Notes: generated by a model from the sequence alone, not told the origin. Numbered from the stretch's first letter, positions 1-9,875 are shown. The stretch is 64,000 nt of DNA from a virus (IMGVR_UViG_2872980847_000002:6327-70326), one strand, 5' to 3'. Made by a program: numbers and translations.

Positions 1-5
1 TCGTC

Positions 6-449
6 ATGCCTTTGCTGGAGGAGCTGACGAAGTCCAAGCCCGAGGAGCTGGCCGACATTCTCGGCACGGACCTCGGCCGCTATGTCCGTCAGATCGACCG
101 ACTCGCCAGCCAGGTCACCCTGGCCCGCCGCATCCTCCGCCAGGCCAACGGCATCGCCGAGGCCCGTAAGGTCGCCTGGGATACCGCGGTAGCCGAAGTC
201 CAGAAGGAGAAGGCCCAGGCCGAGCCGGCTGAGACTGAGGCGAGGAAGGCCGAGCTCGAAAGCGGGAAGGCCCCGGAGGTCAAGCAGGTCGAGGAGGTCA
301 AGCCCCCGGCGAAGAAGGCCGCAGCCAAGCCGCGGCCGACCGGTACCAGGGCGCGCGTGGCGGCCAAGGGCTCCGGCAAGGTGTCTGCCCAGAAGAAGGC
401 GGAGCCCGAGAGTGAGACGACTAAGACGGCGGCCGTGACGGCGAAGTGA
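6..449 (+). CDS. Hypothetical phage protein, coiled coil with K/A/P-rich tail (start uncertain, may extend beyond window edge)
   Basis: ORF with GC3-rich codons. Confidence 0.6.
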   Translation: MPLLEELTKSKPEELADILGTDLGRYVRQIDRLASQVTLARRILRQANGIAEARKVAWDTAVAEVQKEKAQAEPAETEARKAELESGKAPEVKQVEEVKPPAKKAAAKPRPTGTRARVAAKGSGKVSAQKKAEPESETTKTAAVTAK

Positions 450-476
450 GGTCGGAGGGGCCTGGCTTGGGCTGGG

Positions 477-625
477 TCCCTCTTCACTCCTTCCCTCTCC
501 ACCCCTCCCCTCCCCTCCTCACCCCTCTCCACCCCTCTCCACCCCACTCCACTCCACCCCACTCCACTCCACCCCACTCCACCCCACTCCACTCCACTCC
601 ACTCCTCCCTCTACCTCCCCCCTCT
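477..625. repeat. G-free low-complexity tract with CCAC(C/T) pentamer tandem repeats
   Basis: No G on + strand between 476 and 626; CCACT/CCACC units over about 519-605. Confidence 0.95.
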
Positions 626-664
626 GTCTCCCCTTTTCCTTTCTTTCATTTTCTGAAATCAATT

Positions 665-768
665 AGGTAATTACCTTGAATTGGTGGGCATTTTGGATAT
701 GATGAAGATAACAAAAGGCCGGATATCCAAAATCCGGACACAGGTTTCTTAATTCAATAGAGGAAAAG
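665..768 (+). promoter_or_regulatory. AT-rich promoter/operator of moron gene
   Basis: Palindrome AGGTAATTACCT 665-676; TTGAAT(676)-N16-TATGAT(698); inverted repeat TTTTGGATAT 691-700 / ATATCCAAAA 723-732. Confidence 0.6.
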
Positions 769-777
769 GAGAGGTGG

Positions 778-1071
778 ATGTTTGACATCACCATCCCTGC
801 GGAACCGTTCCTGGATGAGATCCGGGGCATCCTCGGTCTTTCTCGGGGAACGCACCCCACCTCGGAAGAGGTCAGTGAGCACCTCCACGAGTTGGCAGGT
901 GTGGTTGACCACACCTGCATCATGAAACTGACGGAGCCCGGTGTGATCAACAGGGCCGCACTCGCCTTCCGGAACTACGACCAAGCCATGTACGGCACTC
1001 CTGAGGAGGGTCTGAAGTTCATCGAAACCGCCCGTGACCTTCTCATTGAATGGAAGGACTCGCAGAAGTAG
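778..1071 (+). CDS. Hypothetical moron protein
   Basis: SD AGGAGAGG, own promoter and terminator. Confidence 0.75.
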   Translation: MFDITIPAEPFLDEIRGILGLSRGTHPTSEEVSEHLHELAGVVDHTCIMKLTEPGVINRAALAFRNYDQAMYGTPEEGLKFIETARDLLIEWKDSQK

Positions 1072-1075
1072 AGCC

Positions 1076-1103
1076 AAAACCCTCCCCGTCCGGGGAGGGT
1101 TTT
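1076..1103 (+). terminator. Intrinsic terminator
   Basis: AAAACCCTCCCCG-TC-CGGGGAGGGTTTT directly after stop. Confidence 0.85.
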
Positions 1104-1339
1104 CGGCTGGGGTGTTCCCTTCAGGCCAGGCCGTTTGGTGACCTTCCTCTATCTATCAGGCAGGGGTGCGGCTCCTGTGGCGGCGCGCGAGCGCCAGCAT
1201 TTAATGCACTCAAGTCCACTCCGAAATTCGGGGAATTAATTCCCGGTAAATGTGTACCAGGTCTCCGAATTCCACTAAGATTATAAATGTCAAGCAAGAA
1301 AGACTTCTCAATTCAATAGTGGAAAAGAGGGTAAAGGGA

Positions 1340-1624
1340 ATGGGTAACTCTCAACTGGACTGGGGTCTGGCATCGGCTCACCCGGGCATCCGGACGTTCA
1401 CCGACTTCCTCTCGTACCTCATGTGTGAGGCTCGGGACAGGATCCCCGGACCGGCATCAGAGTTCATCACCGAGATTGAGGACACCACGGCCTCCCAATT
1501 TGCCAGTGAGTGCAACAGGGTCCTGCGCGTGACGGCCGAGTTCCCGAACAGTGAACCCCAGGTCTTCGACATCTCGATCAACCTGGCACACCCCACGGAC
1601 AGGAAGGCCGGCCCCCAGGACTAA
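1340..1624 (+). CDS. Hypothetical moron protein
   Basis: ATG after purine-rich SD, AT-rich upstream region, hairpin 1633-1663 downstream. Confidence 0.7.
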   Translation: MGNSQLDWGLASAHPGIRTFTDFLSYLMCEARDRIPGPASEFITEIEDTTASQFASECNRVLRVTAEFPNSEPQVFDISINLAHPTDRKAGPQD

Positions 1625-1762
1625 GCCTCACCGGTCGGACCGGACCTCGGGTCCGGTCCGACCCTCACTCCCTGGCAGGGGGAAGGGGTGGACCGGGCCT
1701 GCCAGCCACCATCATCACGCGCCCGCGGCAGGTCGCGGGCGCAGCACGAAAGGAACAGCTGC

Positions 1763-2173
1763 TTGCTGACTCTCTTCACCAACCGCTACCAGGCATTCCA
1801 GCCCTCGCAGGGGGTGCCGGTGCGTATCACGCTGGGCGCTCCCCGTTTCAAGCTCCCCTACTCCCTCACCCACGCAGTGAGGGAGCTCGCACCGCGTAGG
1901 GACTACTTCTCCAAGCCTCTCGCCGAGTTCACCGCGGCCTACCGCGCGGATCTGGATGCCTTCGGTGCTGCGTGGATCGCTGAGAGGCTGACCGCAATCT
2001 CCAAGGGGCAGGGAGACCATCGGCTGGTCCTCCTCTGCTTTGAGGACCTGTCCGATCCGGCGCAGTGGTGCCACAGGAGCATCTTCGCTGCCTGGTGGAA
2101 GGATGTGACCGGCGACGAAGTGCGGGAGCTGGGGCCGCGGGCCGACCGCTACGAGCAAACTACGTTGCTGTGA
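1763..2173 (+). CDS. DUF488-like protein
   Basis: ELAP, LVLLCFE and WCHR motifs; TTG start after AAAGGAA. Confidence 0.7.
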   Translation: MLTLFTNRYQAFQPSQGVPVRITLGAPRFKLPYSLTHAVRELAPRRDYFSKPLAEFTAAYRADLDAFGAAWIAERLTAISKGQGDHRLVLLCFEDLSDPAQWCHRSIFAAWWKDVTGDEVRELGPRADRYEQTTLL

Positions 2174-2433
2174 AGCGCACTTCGCGCGACGAGATGAGAG
2201 GAGCGAACAGGGTGGGGAACCTGAGCGAAGTGGAGCCCGGCACCAACATCCGGGTCCGTTTCCAAGGGCACGAGGACATCGCGGACGGCGTCTACGACGC
2301 CCAGGTGGACTTCGTCTTCGACGACCACCTCATGGTCTGGGTCGCAGCCGGCAACGAAGACGGCTTCGCCGTAGCCGTGATGAAAGTCGACGAGGAGGGT
2401 GTGTGGTGCTGGAGTAAGCGCCCCACGACCTGA
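2170..2433 (+). CDS. Hypothetical protein
   Basis: GTGA overlap with upstream stop. Confidence 0.55.
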   Translation: MKRTSRDEMRGANRVGNLSEVEPGTNIRVRFQGHEDIADGVYDAQVDFVFDDHLMVWVAAGNEDGFAVAVMKVDEEGVWCWSKRPTT

Positions 2434-2584
2434 TGCCGACCCGGTAATCACCCAAGGCGATCCACCCGCGAAAGATAGATGACATTATTTCAAGGGGCTG
2501 CGCGCTCCTTGTGTTAGGTTCCAGCGCAGCGCCCGGTCCGGCACCCGCCCGGCCGGGCGTTGTCGTGTCGGCAGGAGGCGAGAG

Positions 2585-3925
2585 ATGTTCCAGGGCACCA
2601 TCCCCGGCCCCATGCGGGCTATCGTCCGTGAGGCGGCGGGAAGTTGGCCGCGCGGTCCGGTCTACGTCCCGTGCTGCGGAAACTTCACCATCGAACGATC
2701 CCTGGCCGGCATGGGCTTCGCCCTCCACTCCTCCGACGTATCCATCTACACCACGGCCATAGGTCGTTGGCTCACAGGGCAGCTCGCCGGCATCCGGCTC
2801 AGCGAAGAGAGCGTGGGCCAACTTGGTTGGCTGGACACCTCGTTGGATGACGGCATCGGCACCGTCGCCACGCTCATGCTCGGCACGCGGTTTCTCGCCA
2901 GCGTCGGTCGCGAAGGGCTGTGGCACGAGCGGGTCGTGCGCTCCTACCGCGACCAGTGGAAGGTCAAGCACGCCGAGACCGTCGAGCGGCTGTCCCGCGC
3001 TGACGTGGCGCTGGCCTCCTACGAGGTTGAAGACGTGCGTTCCTGGCTCCAGAAGGTCCCACGCGACGCTCCGGTGTGCTCCTTTCCTCCCTTCTACGGC
3101 GGCGGGTACGAGAAGCTGTACGAGCCGCTTGAGGCTCACTTCACCTGGGACGCGCCCGAGTACGATCCGCTGTCCGACGACGACGTGGTCAGCGTGCTTG
3201 GTGCGATCACGGACCGGCCGTACTGGCTGACGGCCTCCAACCACGACGTGCCCGAACTTCAGCGGTACCTGCGCGGCGTGATCAAGGCGACGCCGAGGGC
3301 CGCCCCGTTCTACGTGTACGCCAGCGAGGCACCGACGCGGATCGTTGCTCCCCGGCAGCCGATCGAGCCGGTCAAGGCTCCTCGGCTGCGGCGCGGCGAG
3401 GAGCTGGCCGGGCCGCTGTCGCTGGCACTGCTGAAGTCGGGCCAGTTCAACGCGCTGCGCTCCCGGTACCTCAACCCGCGCATCGCACCGGGCGCGGCGA
3501 ACCTGGCCGTCGCGGTCAAGGACGGCACCGGCCGGATCCTGGGGGTGTTCGCGATGTCGCCCAGCAGCTACACGCCCGATGAGGCGTACCTGCTGTCGGA
3601 CTTCGCGGTCGCGCCGACGGACTACCCGCGGTTGTCGAAGCTGATCGTGCTCGCGGCCACGTCCAGTGAGGCACAGCTGCTGTGCCAGCGGGCGTTCTCG
3701 CGCCGGATCCGGGCGGTGTCCACCACGGCGTTCAGCAACAACGCGGTGTCGATGAAGTACCGCGGGCTGCTGCGGCTGACGAAGCGCGGCCCGTCGAACG
3801 AGGACGGCTGGAAGTTCCAGCTCCAGTACCAGGGGCCCATGGGTGAACACACGCTCGCTCAGGCCCTGGAGACGTGGGCGAAGCGGTGGGGCGCCCGAGC
3901 CACGACGACGCAGACGGGAGTCTGA
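2585..3925 (+). CDS. Putative DNA-modification protein: Dam-like methyltransferase fold plus GNAT-like C-terminus
   Basis: YVPCCGNFT (motif I-like), SFPPFY (motif IV-like), LSDFAV..RLSKL; beside ParB and terminase. Confidence 0.6.
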   Translation: MFQGTIPGPMRAIVREAAGSWPRGPVYVPCCGNFTIERSLAGMGFALHSSDVSIYTTAIGRWLTGQLAGIRLSEESVGQLGWLDTSLDDGIGTVATLMLGTRFLASVGREGLWHERVVRSYRDQWKVKHAETVERLSRADVALASYEVEDVRSWLQKVPRDAPVCSFPPFYGGGYEKLYEPLEAHFTWDAPEYDPLSDDDVVSVLGAITDRPYWLTASNHDVPELQRYLRGVIKATPRAAPFYVYASEAPTRIVAPRQPIEPVKAPRLRRGEELAGPLSLALLKSGQFNALRSRYLNPRIAPGAANLAVAVKDGTGRILGVFAMSPSSYTPDEAYLLSDFAVAPTDYPRLSKLIVLAATSSEAQLLCQRAFSRRIRAVSTTAFSNNAVSMKYRGLLRLTKRGPSNEDGWKFQLQYQGPMGEHTLAQALETWAKRWGARATTTQTGV

Positions 3926-3927
3926 CC

Positions 3928-4830
3928 ATGGAGGAGACGACGCAGCTTGCCCCGCCGCAGATGGTGGAGGGCGACCCGCGGACACTGACGCTGCTGGACG
4001 TGAACGCCAGGTTCCTGCCGCACGAGCAGTTCCGGCAGCTGGTGGCGAACATCCACCGTGACGGGTGCCTGACCTCGACGCCGCTGGTGTGGAACGACGC
4101 CGACAGTGGGCGCCTAGTTGTGCTGTCCGGCAACCACCGCACCCTCGCGGCGATCGAGGCCGGCCTGAAGACGATCTGGTGGATGCAGATCGACGAGCCG
4201 CTGCCCCGCCAGCGGCAGATCGCGCTCCAGCTCTCGCACAACGCCATCGCGGGCCAGGATGATCCGGCGATCCTCAAGGAGCTGTACGACGAGCTGGAAT
4301 CGGTGGAGTGGCGCCAGTACACGGGCCTGGACGACAAGGCCCTGGACCTGCTGGAGAAGGTAGACGTCTCCAGCCTCGGCGAAGCGAACCTCGACTTCGC
4401 CAGCGTGCAGCTGATGTTCCTGCCCGACGAGCTGGAGCGCGCCGAGGCAGCGTTCGACGCCGCGCGCTCCACCGCCGCAGCGGACCAACGGTGGCTCGCG
4501 GGCCTGGCCCAGTACGAGCCGGCGCTCGATGCGCTGGAGACCTCCCGGGCCGCATACAAGATCGGCAACAGCGCCACGGCGCTCGGCGTGATCCTCGCCG
4601 TGTTCGAGCGGCACCTGGCCGAGCTGGCCGACGGCTGGTTCGACGGCAGCACCGGTGAGGCGCACCGCGGCGGTACGGCCCCGCTGGAGACGGTGTTCGG
4701 CGCACGGGAGATACCGGTGGAGACCGCGGCGGCGGTCCGGGCCGTGATCGACCGGATGGTGAAGGACGGCAGCGTGCCGGAGAACGAGCCGTGGCGCGCC
4801 CTGGACATCCTCGCTGCCCGGCAGGACTGA
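3928..4830 (+). CDS. ParB/Srx N-terminal domain protein
   Basis: NARFL...TPLVW...VVLSGNHRTLAA...LSHNAIAG. Confidence 0.8.
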   Translation: MEETTQLAPPQMVEGDPRTLTLLDVNARFLPHEQFRQLVANIHRDGCLTSTPLVWNDADSGRLVVLSGNHRTLAAIEAGLKTIWWMQIDEPLPRQRQIALQLSHNAIAGQDDPAILKELYDELESVEWRQYTGLDDKALDLLEKVDVSSLGEANLDFASVQLMFLPDELERAEAAFDAARSTAAADQRWLAGLAQYEPALDALETSRAAYKIGNSATALGVILAVFERHLAELADGWFDGSTGEAHRGGTAPLETVFGAREIPVETAAAVRAVIDRMVKDGSVPENEPWRALDILAARQD

Positions 4831-4856
4831 CAGGGCCGTTGGCCAGGAGGTGAGCG

Positions 4857-5390
4857 GTGGCCGAGGCCCCCGTGGAGCCCTGGGAGCGGCAGAGCGGTGA
4901 GTCCCCCCAGGCGTTCGAGGCTTTCGCCGCGTACCGCGATCTTGGGCCCGCGCGGAGTATCACGAAGGTAGCCCAGGAGTTGGGCAAATCCCGTCCGCTG
5001 TTGAGCCGCTGGTCGAGGCAGTACGCGTGGGTGATGCGCGCTGCGGCCTACGACCGGGAGCAGGACCGGCTGTTCGTCGCCGAGCAGCAGCAGGCGCGGC
5101 GCGACATCGCCCGTCGGCACGCCAAGCTCGCTCAAGCGTTCCTCGGCAAGGCGGTCGCGCGGCTCCAGGGGCTGGATCCACGGGAGCTGACGCCAGGTGA
5201 GCTGCTGCGCTACTTCCAGGTCGCCGCCGACATCGAACGCCGCGCCGCCGGTGAGGGGTTGGCGGGTGCTGCTGCGCTCGATGAGGCGGAGGGGACGGAT
5301 CTTGCGGCGTTGAGTGACGAGGACCGTAAGGCCCGGATGGAGCAACTGCGTCGTGAGCTGGAGCGGCGCCTGACGGAGGAGGCTCGGTGA
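4857..5390 (+). CDS. Terminase small subunit
   Basis: WERQSGES..AFEAFAAYRDLG HTH; directly upstream of TerL. Confidence 0.75.
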   Translation: MAEAPVEPWERQSGESPQAFEAFAAYRDLGPARSITKVAQELGKSRPLLSRWSRQYAWVMRAAAYDREQDRLFVAEQQQARRDIARRHAKLAQAFLGKAVARLQGLDPRELTPGELLRYFQVAADIERRAAGEGLAGAAALDEAEGTDLAALSDEDRKARMEQLRRELERRLTEEAR

Positions 5391-6880
5391 GTGGCGGGTG
5401 GGCGAAGCGCCGGTTGGTCCAGGGCCTGGCTGACCCAGGCGTGATGAGCCTGGAGCAGCTGAAGGCCGAGGTCGCAGCCCTGGTGCGGGCTGATGATGTG
5501 TCGGCGCGGCGGTGGGCGTGTGAGCTGCCCGGCTGTGACGGGCTGCCGCATGAGGGGTGGTTGCATCATCATGCGCGGGCGGCGCAGCGGCAGCCGGCGT
5601 GGCTGTGGACGGTGTGGATGCTGCTCACCGGTCGTGGGTGGGGGAAGTCGCGGACGGCGGCGGAGGCGGTGCGGGAGTGGGCGCGGACGCCGGGGTTGCA
5701 GATCGCGGTGGTGGCGAAGAACGCGACGCTGGTGCGGGACATCTGCTTCGACTCGCCGAAGTCCGGGCTGCTGTCGGTGTTCCCGCCCGAGGAGGTGGCG
5801 AAGTACAACTCGTCGCTGGGTGAGACGACGCTGCGGCTGCGGAACGGCACGCTGATCCGTGGGTTCGGTGCGGAGACGCCGGACAACTTGCGTGGCTGGG
5901 CGTTCGACAAGGCGTGGTGCGACGAGTACGCGGCCTGGTCGCGGCACACGGCGCAGGAGGTCTACGACATGCTGTGGTTCTGCCTGCGCGAGGCGGATAC
6001 CCCGCAGGTCGTTGTCTCGACGACGCCGAAGCCGCTGCCGCATGTGAAGCGGCTGGTGGAGCGCGGCCGGGCGCAGGAGAAGGCACACCGGGAGGGCGGG
6101 GAGCCGCCGCGGGTGGTGCTGACGCGGGGGCACATGCGGGAGAACGACGCGAACCTCAGTCCGGCGGCGCGGGAGGAGCTGGAGGAGGAGTACGCCGGCA
6201 CCCGGCTCGGGCGGCAGGAGCTGTCGGGCGAGCTGCTGGAGGACGTCGAGGGCGCGTTGTGGCAGGGCTGGATGCTGGAGGTCGAAGGGTTCCGGCCGCG
6301 GCTGGAGCACCTGCCGGACTTGCAGCGCCTGGTGGTGGCGGTGGATCCGGCGACGAAGTCGCATGAGGACGCGGACATGACGGCGTTCACCGTGGCCGGG
6401 CGCGGGTACCCGGTGGAGTCGATGTTCGGTGATGACCGGCCGCGCGGTTACGTGCTGCATTGCGAGCAGGGTCGGTTCACGCCGACGCGGGCGATGAAGC
6501 GGGCCGCGGAGCTGTATCACGAGCACCGGGCGGACTGCGTGGTCATCGAGGCGAACAACGGTGGCGACTACCTGCCGGCGCTGCTGGAGCAGGTTGATCC
6601 GACGGTGAATTGGCGGATCGTTCATGCGACGCGGGGGAAGCGGGCGCGGGCTGCGCCGGTGGCGCAGCTGTATGAGCAGGTTCGGGTGCATCACGTGGGG
6701 GCTGCGCGGGGGTTCGCGGAGCTGGAGGAGCAGATGACGACGTTCGTCGGCCAGGGGGAGACGGAGGACTCGCCGGACCTGCTGGATTCGGCGGTGTGGG
6801 CGCTGTGGGATCTGTTCCTGGATCCGGCGATGCCGCCTCCACGGCGGGGCGTGGATCGGCGCTTGGGTGGGCGGCGGTAA
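5387..6880 (+). CDS. terL: Terminase large subunit
   Basis: Walker A GRGWGKSRT, LRG..FDKAWCDE Walker B, VAVDPA and SPDLLDS nuclease motifs. Confidence 0.95.
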   Translation: MSGGWAKRRLVQGLADPGVMSLEQLKAEVAALVRADDVSARRWACELPGCDGLPHEGWLHHHARAAQRQPAWLWTVWMLLTGRGWGKSRTAAEAVREWARTPGLQIAVVAKNATLVRDICFDSPKSGLLSVFPPEEVAKYNSSLGETTLRLRNGTLIRGFGAETPDNLRGWAFDKAWCDEYAAWSRHTAQEVYDMLWFCLREADTPQVVVSTTPKPLPHVKRLVERGRAQEKAHREGGEPPRVVLTRGHMRENDANLSPAAREELEEEYAGTRLGRQELSGELLEDVEGALWQGWMLEVEGFRPRLEHLPDLQRLVVAVDPATKSHEDADMTAFTVAGRGYPVESMFGDDRPRGYVLHCEQGRFTPTRAMKRAAELYHEHRADCVVIEANNGGDYLPALLEQVDPTVNWRIVHATRGKRARAAPVAQLYEQVRVHHVGAARGFAELEEQMTTFVGQGETEDSPDLLDSAVWALWDLFLDPAMPPPRRGVDRRLGGRR

Positions 6881-7048
6881 GGGCTGCTGGTTGGCGAGTT
6901 TCGGAAAAAGGGAATTCAAGGCGGGTAATTAATTCAATTTAATTTCGGGTAACCCTGGAATCTGAATTCCCGGTCCCCTAGGATTTAATTACAAGAAATC
7001 GGGAAAAATAAATCTCCCGGATCTTTCTTAAAAGAATAGGGGAATCCC

Positions 7049-7345
7049 ATGGACTTCACCACGGCCCTCAAGGTCCTGGAAGGAATCCAGGAGGAAATCA
7101 AGAGGGCGATTGAGGCCCGGGAAAAGGGCGGGCACCACGACTGGGTCAAGTACTCCAAGGTCCGGATCTACCTCGGGGAACTCACGGAAGACTCGGTCCC
7201 CCAGGTCCTGGACGGGGACGCCTCCACGGTCTGGGTCACGGCGGTGGGCGACTCGGAGCAGTTGCTTCCGGAATACGTACTGAAGGAAGACGACTCCTTG
7301 AGGTATTGCGAAGAGCAGGCGAAGCGGGAACTCGGGTTGAAGTAG
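7049..7345 (+). CDS. Hypothetical moron protein
   Basis: AT-rich upstream region about 6895-7048; hairpin 7358-7393 after stop. Confidence 0.7.
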   Translation: MDFTTALKVLEGIQEEIKRAIEAREKGGHHDWVKYSKVRIYLGELTEDSVPQVLDGDASTVWVTAVGDSEQLLPEYVLKEDDSLRYCEEQAKRELGLK

Positions 7346-7435
7346 GAGCGTGGCAGAGCCGGGCCCGGCGGCCGGAAGGTCGCCGGGCCCGGCGGCGCCA
7401 CAGCATGGGATCGGAAATCTAGGGGGTATTCAGGA

Positions 7436-7723
7436 ATGGGTAAGTACAGTCTCCCCAACCCGGAACCGGGCAACGCGTATGCCTGTCTGGAACGGTTCGC
7501 GGACGCGTTGAGGGAAATGCTAAGCGCAGAGGGAGGGGAGCTAGTGGACGGGGCAGACGTCGAGATCATCGAGCCCGACCTTCTGAACAAGCCCGGGCTC
7601 CGCTGCATCAGGTTCGTCCCCCACGGGGCCAACCGGACCAGGACCGAAGACGGTCAGGAGCAGTTCCACCACTTCAACATCTACGTGGAACTGGAGGCGT
7701 TCACCCCCAGGGCGGGTTCCTGA
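7436..7723 (+). CDS. Hypothetical moron protein
   Basis: ORF followed by hairpin 7735-7779. Confidence 0.65.
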   Translation: MGKYSLPNPEPGNAYACLERFADALREMLSAEGGELVDGADVEIIEPDLLNKPGLRCIRFVPHGANRTRTEDGQEQFHHFNIYVELEAFTPRAGS

Positions 7724-7847
7724 ACAGAGTGGCGGAAGGCCGGTCCCGGACGACGAAGAGTCGGACGGGACCGGCCTTCTTCGTGTCGAGTTGCGCAGTG
7801 GCGGCCGATAGGGTGGCGGGCGGCGTGGGGCCGAGTGCCGGGAGGGC

Positions 7848-9596
7848 ATGGTGGGCCTGCGCCAATTCGTGATCGACGCGTGGTCGTGGCTGAACTACAA
7901 GCCGGTGATGGCCGATGCCGGCCGACCGGGGAACCGGGCGTTTCCGGAGCTGGCGGCGTCGTGGTTGCCGCCGCAGGAGATGCGGCGGTTGGCGGCGTAC
8001 AAGGTGCTGGCGGCCTACGACAACAACCAGGCCGGGCAACTGGCGGACGACGCCGATTCCGCCGCAGACCGGCGGGAGTTGGGAGATGCCGCCAAGGTCG
8101 TGGACACGGCGCTGGGGTACCTCCTGGGTTCGGAGCAGAAGGTCACGGTGGAGGGTGCTGAGCACGCCGAGGGCGAGGTGCCGCGGCCGGGGGCTGCGGA
8201 GGCCGCCGCGGTGCAGGAGCGCCTTCGGCAGTGGGGCACGAAGGAGCTGCTGACGCTGCGGATCCAGCAGGCCGAACGGTCCGCTGTGCTGCTGGGAGAC
8301 AGCGTCTATGCGCTGGCGTGGGACCCGGTCAAGCAGCGGCCGACGCTGAGGGTGTACGACCCGGGCTTCTACTTCCCGCAGTGGGACGACGACCAGGACC
8401 AGGACTTTCCGACGCGGGTGCATCTGGCGTGGGAGCTGCCGGAGGATCCCGAGTTGGGGCTGAAGGCGCGGGTGCGGCGGGTGACGTACGAGCTAGGGCC
8501 GATCGCCGAGGACGACGCGAGCGTGGTGCGGGAGTACCCGTGGGAGCCGGGCCAGCCGTCGCGGATGACGTGCTTCCTGACGGACGGGGAATGGCTGCTG
8601 GAGGACCTGGGGCGGGGGCAGACGCTGGACCGGTTGCCGATGGACAAGGCCGCCTTCCGGGTACGGCCTGACGGCACGGAGCTGAACCGGCTCGACTTGT
8701 GGATCGACTTCGTGCCGGTCATCCACATCGCGAACACGATCCCGCACGGCGGGGAGCACTGGGGGCAGCCGGTCATCGCGAAGGTGCTCCAGGGCCTGGA
8801 CGAACTGGCGGCCACCGATTCGGACAGCGCGGCTGCATCGGCGACGACAGGGACGCCGATCATCGGGCTGGCGGGGGCGCGGCTGCCCGTGGACCGCGCG
8901 ACGGGCAGGCCGGTGCAGCTGACGGTGGAAGCCGGCGCGGTGTGGCAACTGGGGGATTCCGGGCGGATGGACGCCCTGGACACCTCGCCGCAGCTGGCCG
9001 AACTCCGGGCGCGGGTGGAGCACCTGCTGGACAGGATCGCCTCCAACTCGCGTATCACATCAGCAGGGTTGGGGACGCTGGACGCTTCGCAGGTGCCGTC
9101 GGGGTACGCGCTGAAGCTGGCGCTGGGGCCGCTGGATGCGCTGGTGGGGGCGATGCGGCTGGCCAGGGAGCACAAGTACCAGCTGCTGCTGAAGATGGTG
9201 CAGCGGCTCTACCAGGCCGGGCGCGCCGACGGGTGGCCAATGGGCGAGTCGCTTCCCGCGCGGTTGGTGTGGGCGCCCCATGCGCCCACCGACCGAGCGG
9301 CGGTGCTGGATGAGGTCACCCAGGCGTACGGGGCGGGGGTGCTGTCGTTGGAGACCGCGGTGGCGATGCTGGGGGAGGCGGGCTACCCGATACAGGATGC
9401 GGCCGAGGAGGTAGCGCGGATCCGCCAGAGCGCGCAGCAGGAGTCGCAGGTGCGGATGGAGGAGGCGGCAGCAGCACGAGGTGGCGGGCGCGAGGGGCAG
9501 CCGCAGGAGGCGGCAGCCGGTAGCGGGGCGGAGGCTGCTGGACAGGAGAAGGCAGGCGGGTTCGGTTTTGGTGCCGGGGCGCTGGGGCAGCGGTGA
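7848..9596 (+). CDS. Portal protein
   Basis: Size and position after TerL; FVPVIHIAN and SGYALKL SPP1-type portal motifs. Confidence 0.85.
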   Translation: MVGLRQFVIDAWSWLNYKPVMADAGRPGNRAFPELAASWLPPQEMRRLAAYKVLAAYDNNQAGQLADDADSAADRRELGDAAKVVDTALGYLLGSEQKVTVEGAEHAEGEVPRPGAAEAAAVQERLRQWGTKELLTLRIQQAERSAVLLGDSVYALAWDPVKQRPTLRVYDPGFYFPQWDDDQDQDFPTRVHLAWELPEDPELGLKARVRRVTYELGPIAEDDASVVREYPWEPGQPSRMTCFLTDGEWLLEDLGRGQTLDRLPMDKAAFRVRPDGTELNRLDLWIDFVPVIHIANTIPHGGEHWGQPVIAKVLQGLDELAATDSDSAAASATTGTPIIGLAGARLPVDRATGRPVQLTVEAGAVWQLGDSGRMDALDTSPQLAELRARVEHLLDRIASNSRITSAGLGTLDASQVPSGYALKLALGPLDALVGAMRLAREHKYQLLLKMVQRLYQAGRADGWPMGESLPARLVWAPHAPTDRAAVLDEVTQAYGAGVLSLETAVAMLGEAGYPIQDAAEEVARIRQSAQQESQVRMEEAAAARGGGREGQPQEAAAGSGAEAAGQEKAGGFGFGAGALGQR

Positions 9597-9659
9597 GTGG
9601 GCCGCATTCCGGGTTCGGCTCTGGGTGCGTGGTCGGCGGTGTGGGCGCAGGCTGGCGGT

Positions 9660-9875
9660 ATGGCTGCTCCGATCGTCGTACATGCGCCGTTGCCGACGGG
9701 AGGCCGCCGCGTGACGGCCGACGGGCAGCCCCTTGGCCTGGCACGCAACGTCGCTGACCTGCTCGAATTCCTGCGTCGCGCCGGTCTCGATCCGGAGGAT
9801 GTGCGGCTGGAGGACCCCAGCTTGATCGAATGGCGCGGCGGTGGCCCGGAGGTATGGGACGCCGGGGGGAGCTGA
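9660..9875 (+). CDS. Small hypothetical protein of a type common in Streptomyces
   Basis: IVVH..GGRRV..LRRAGL..IEWRGGGPEVW pattern. Confidence 0.7.
   Translation: MAAPIVVHAPLPTGGRRVTADGQPLGLARNVADLLEFLRRAGLDPEDVRLEDPSLIEWRGGGPEVWDAGGS

Noticed and set aside
481-640. CRISPR array, or the ORFs 89-592(-) and 446-670(+)
   Set aside because: Pentamer microsatellite with no unique spacers; the ORFs simply translate the repeat
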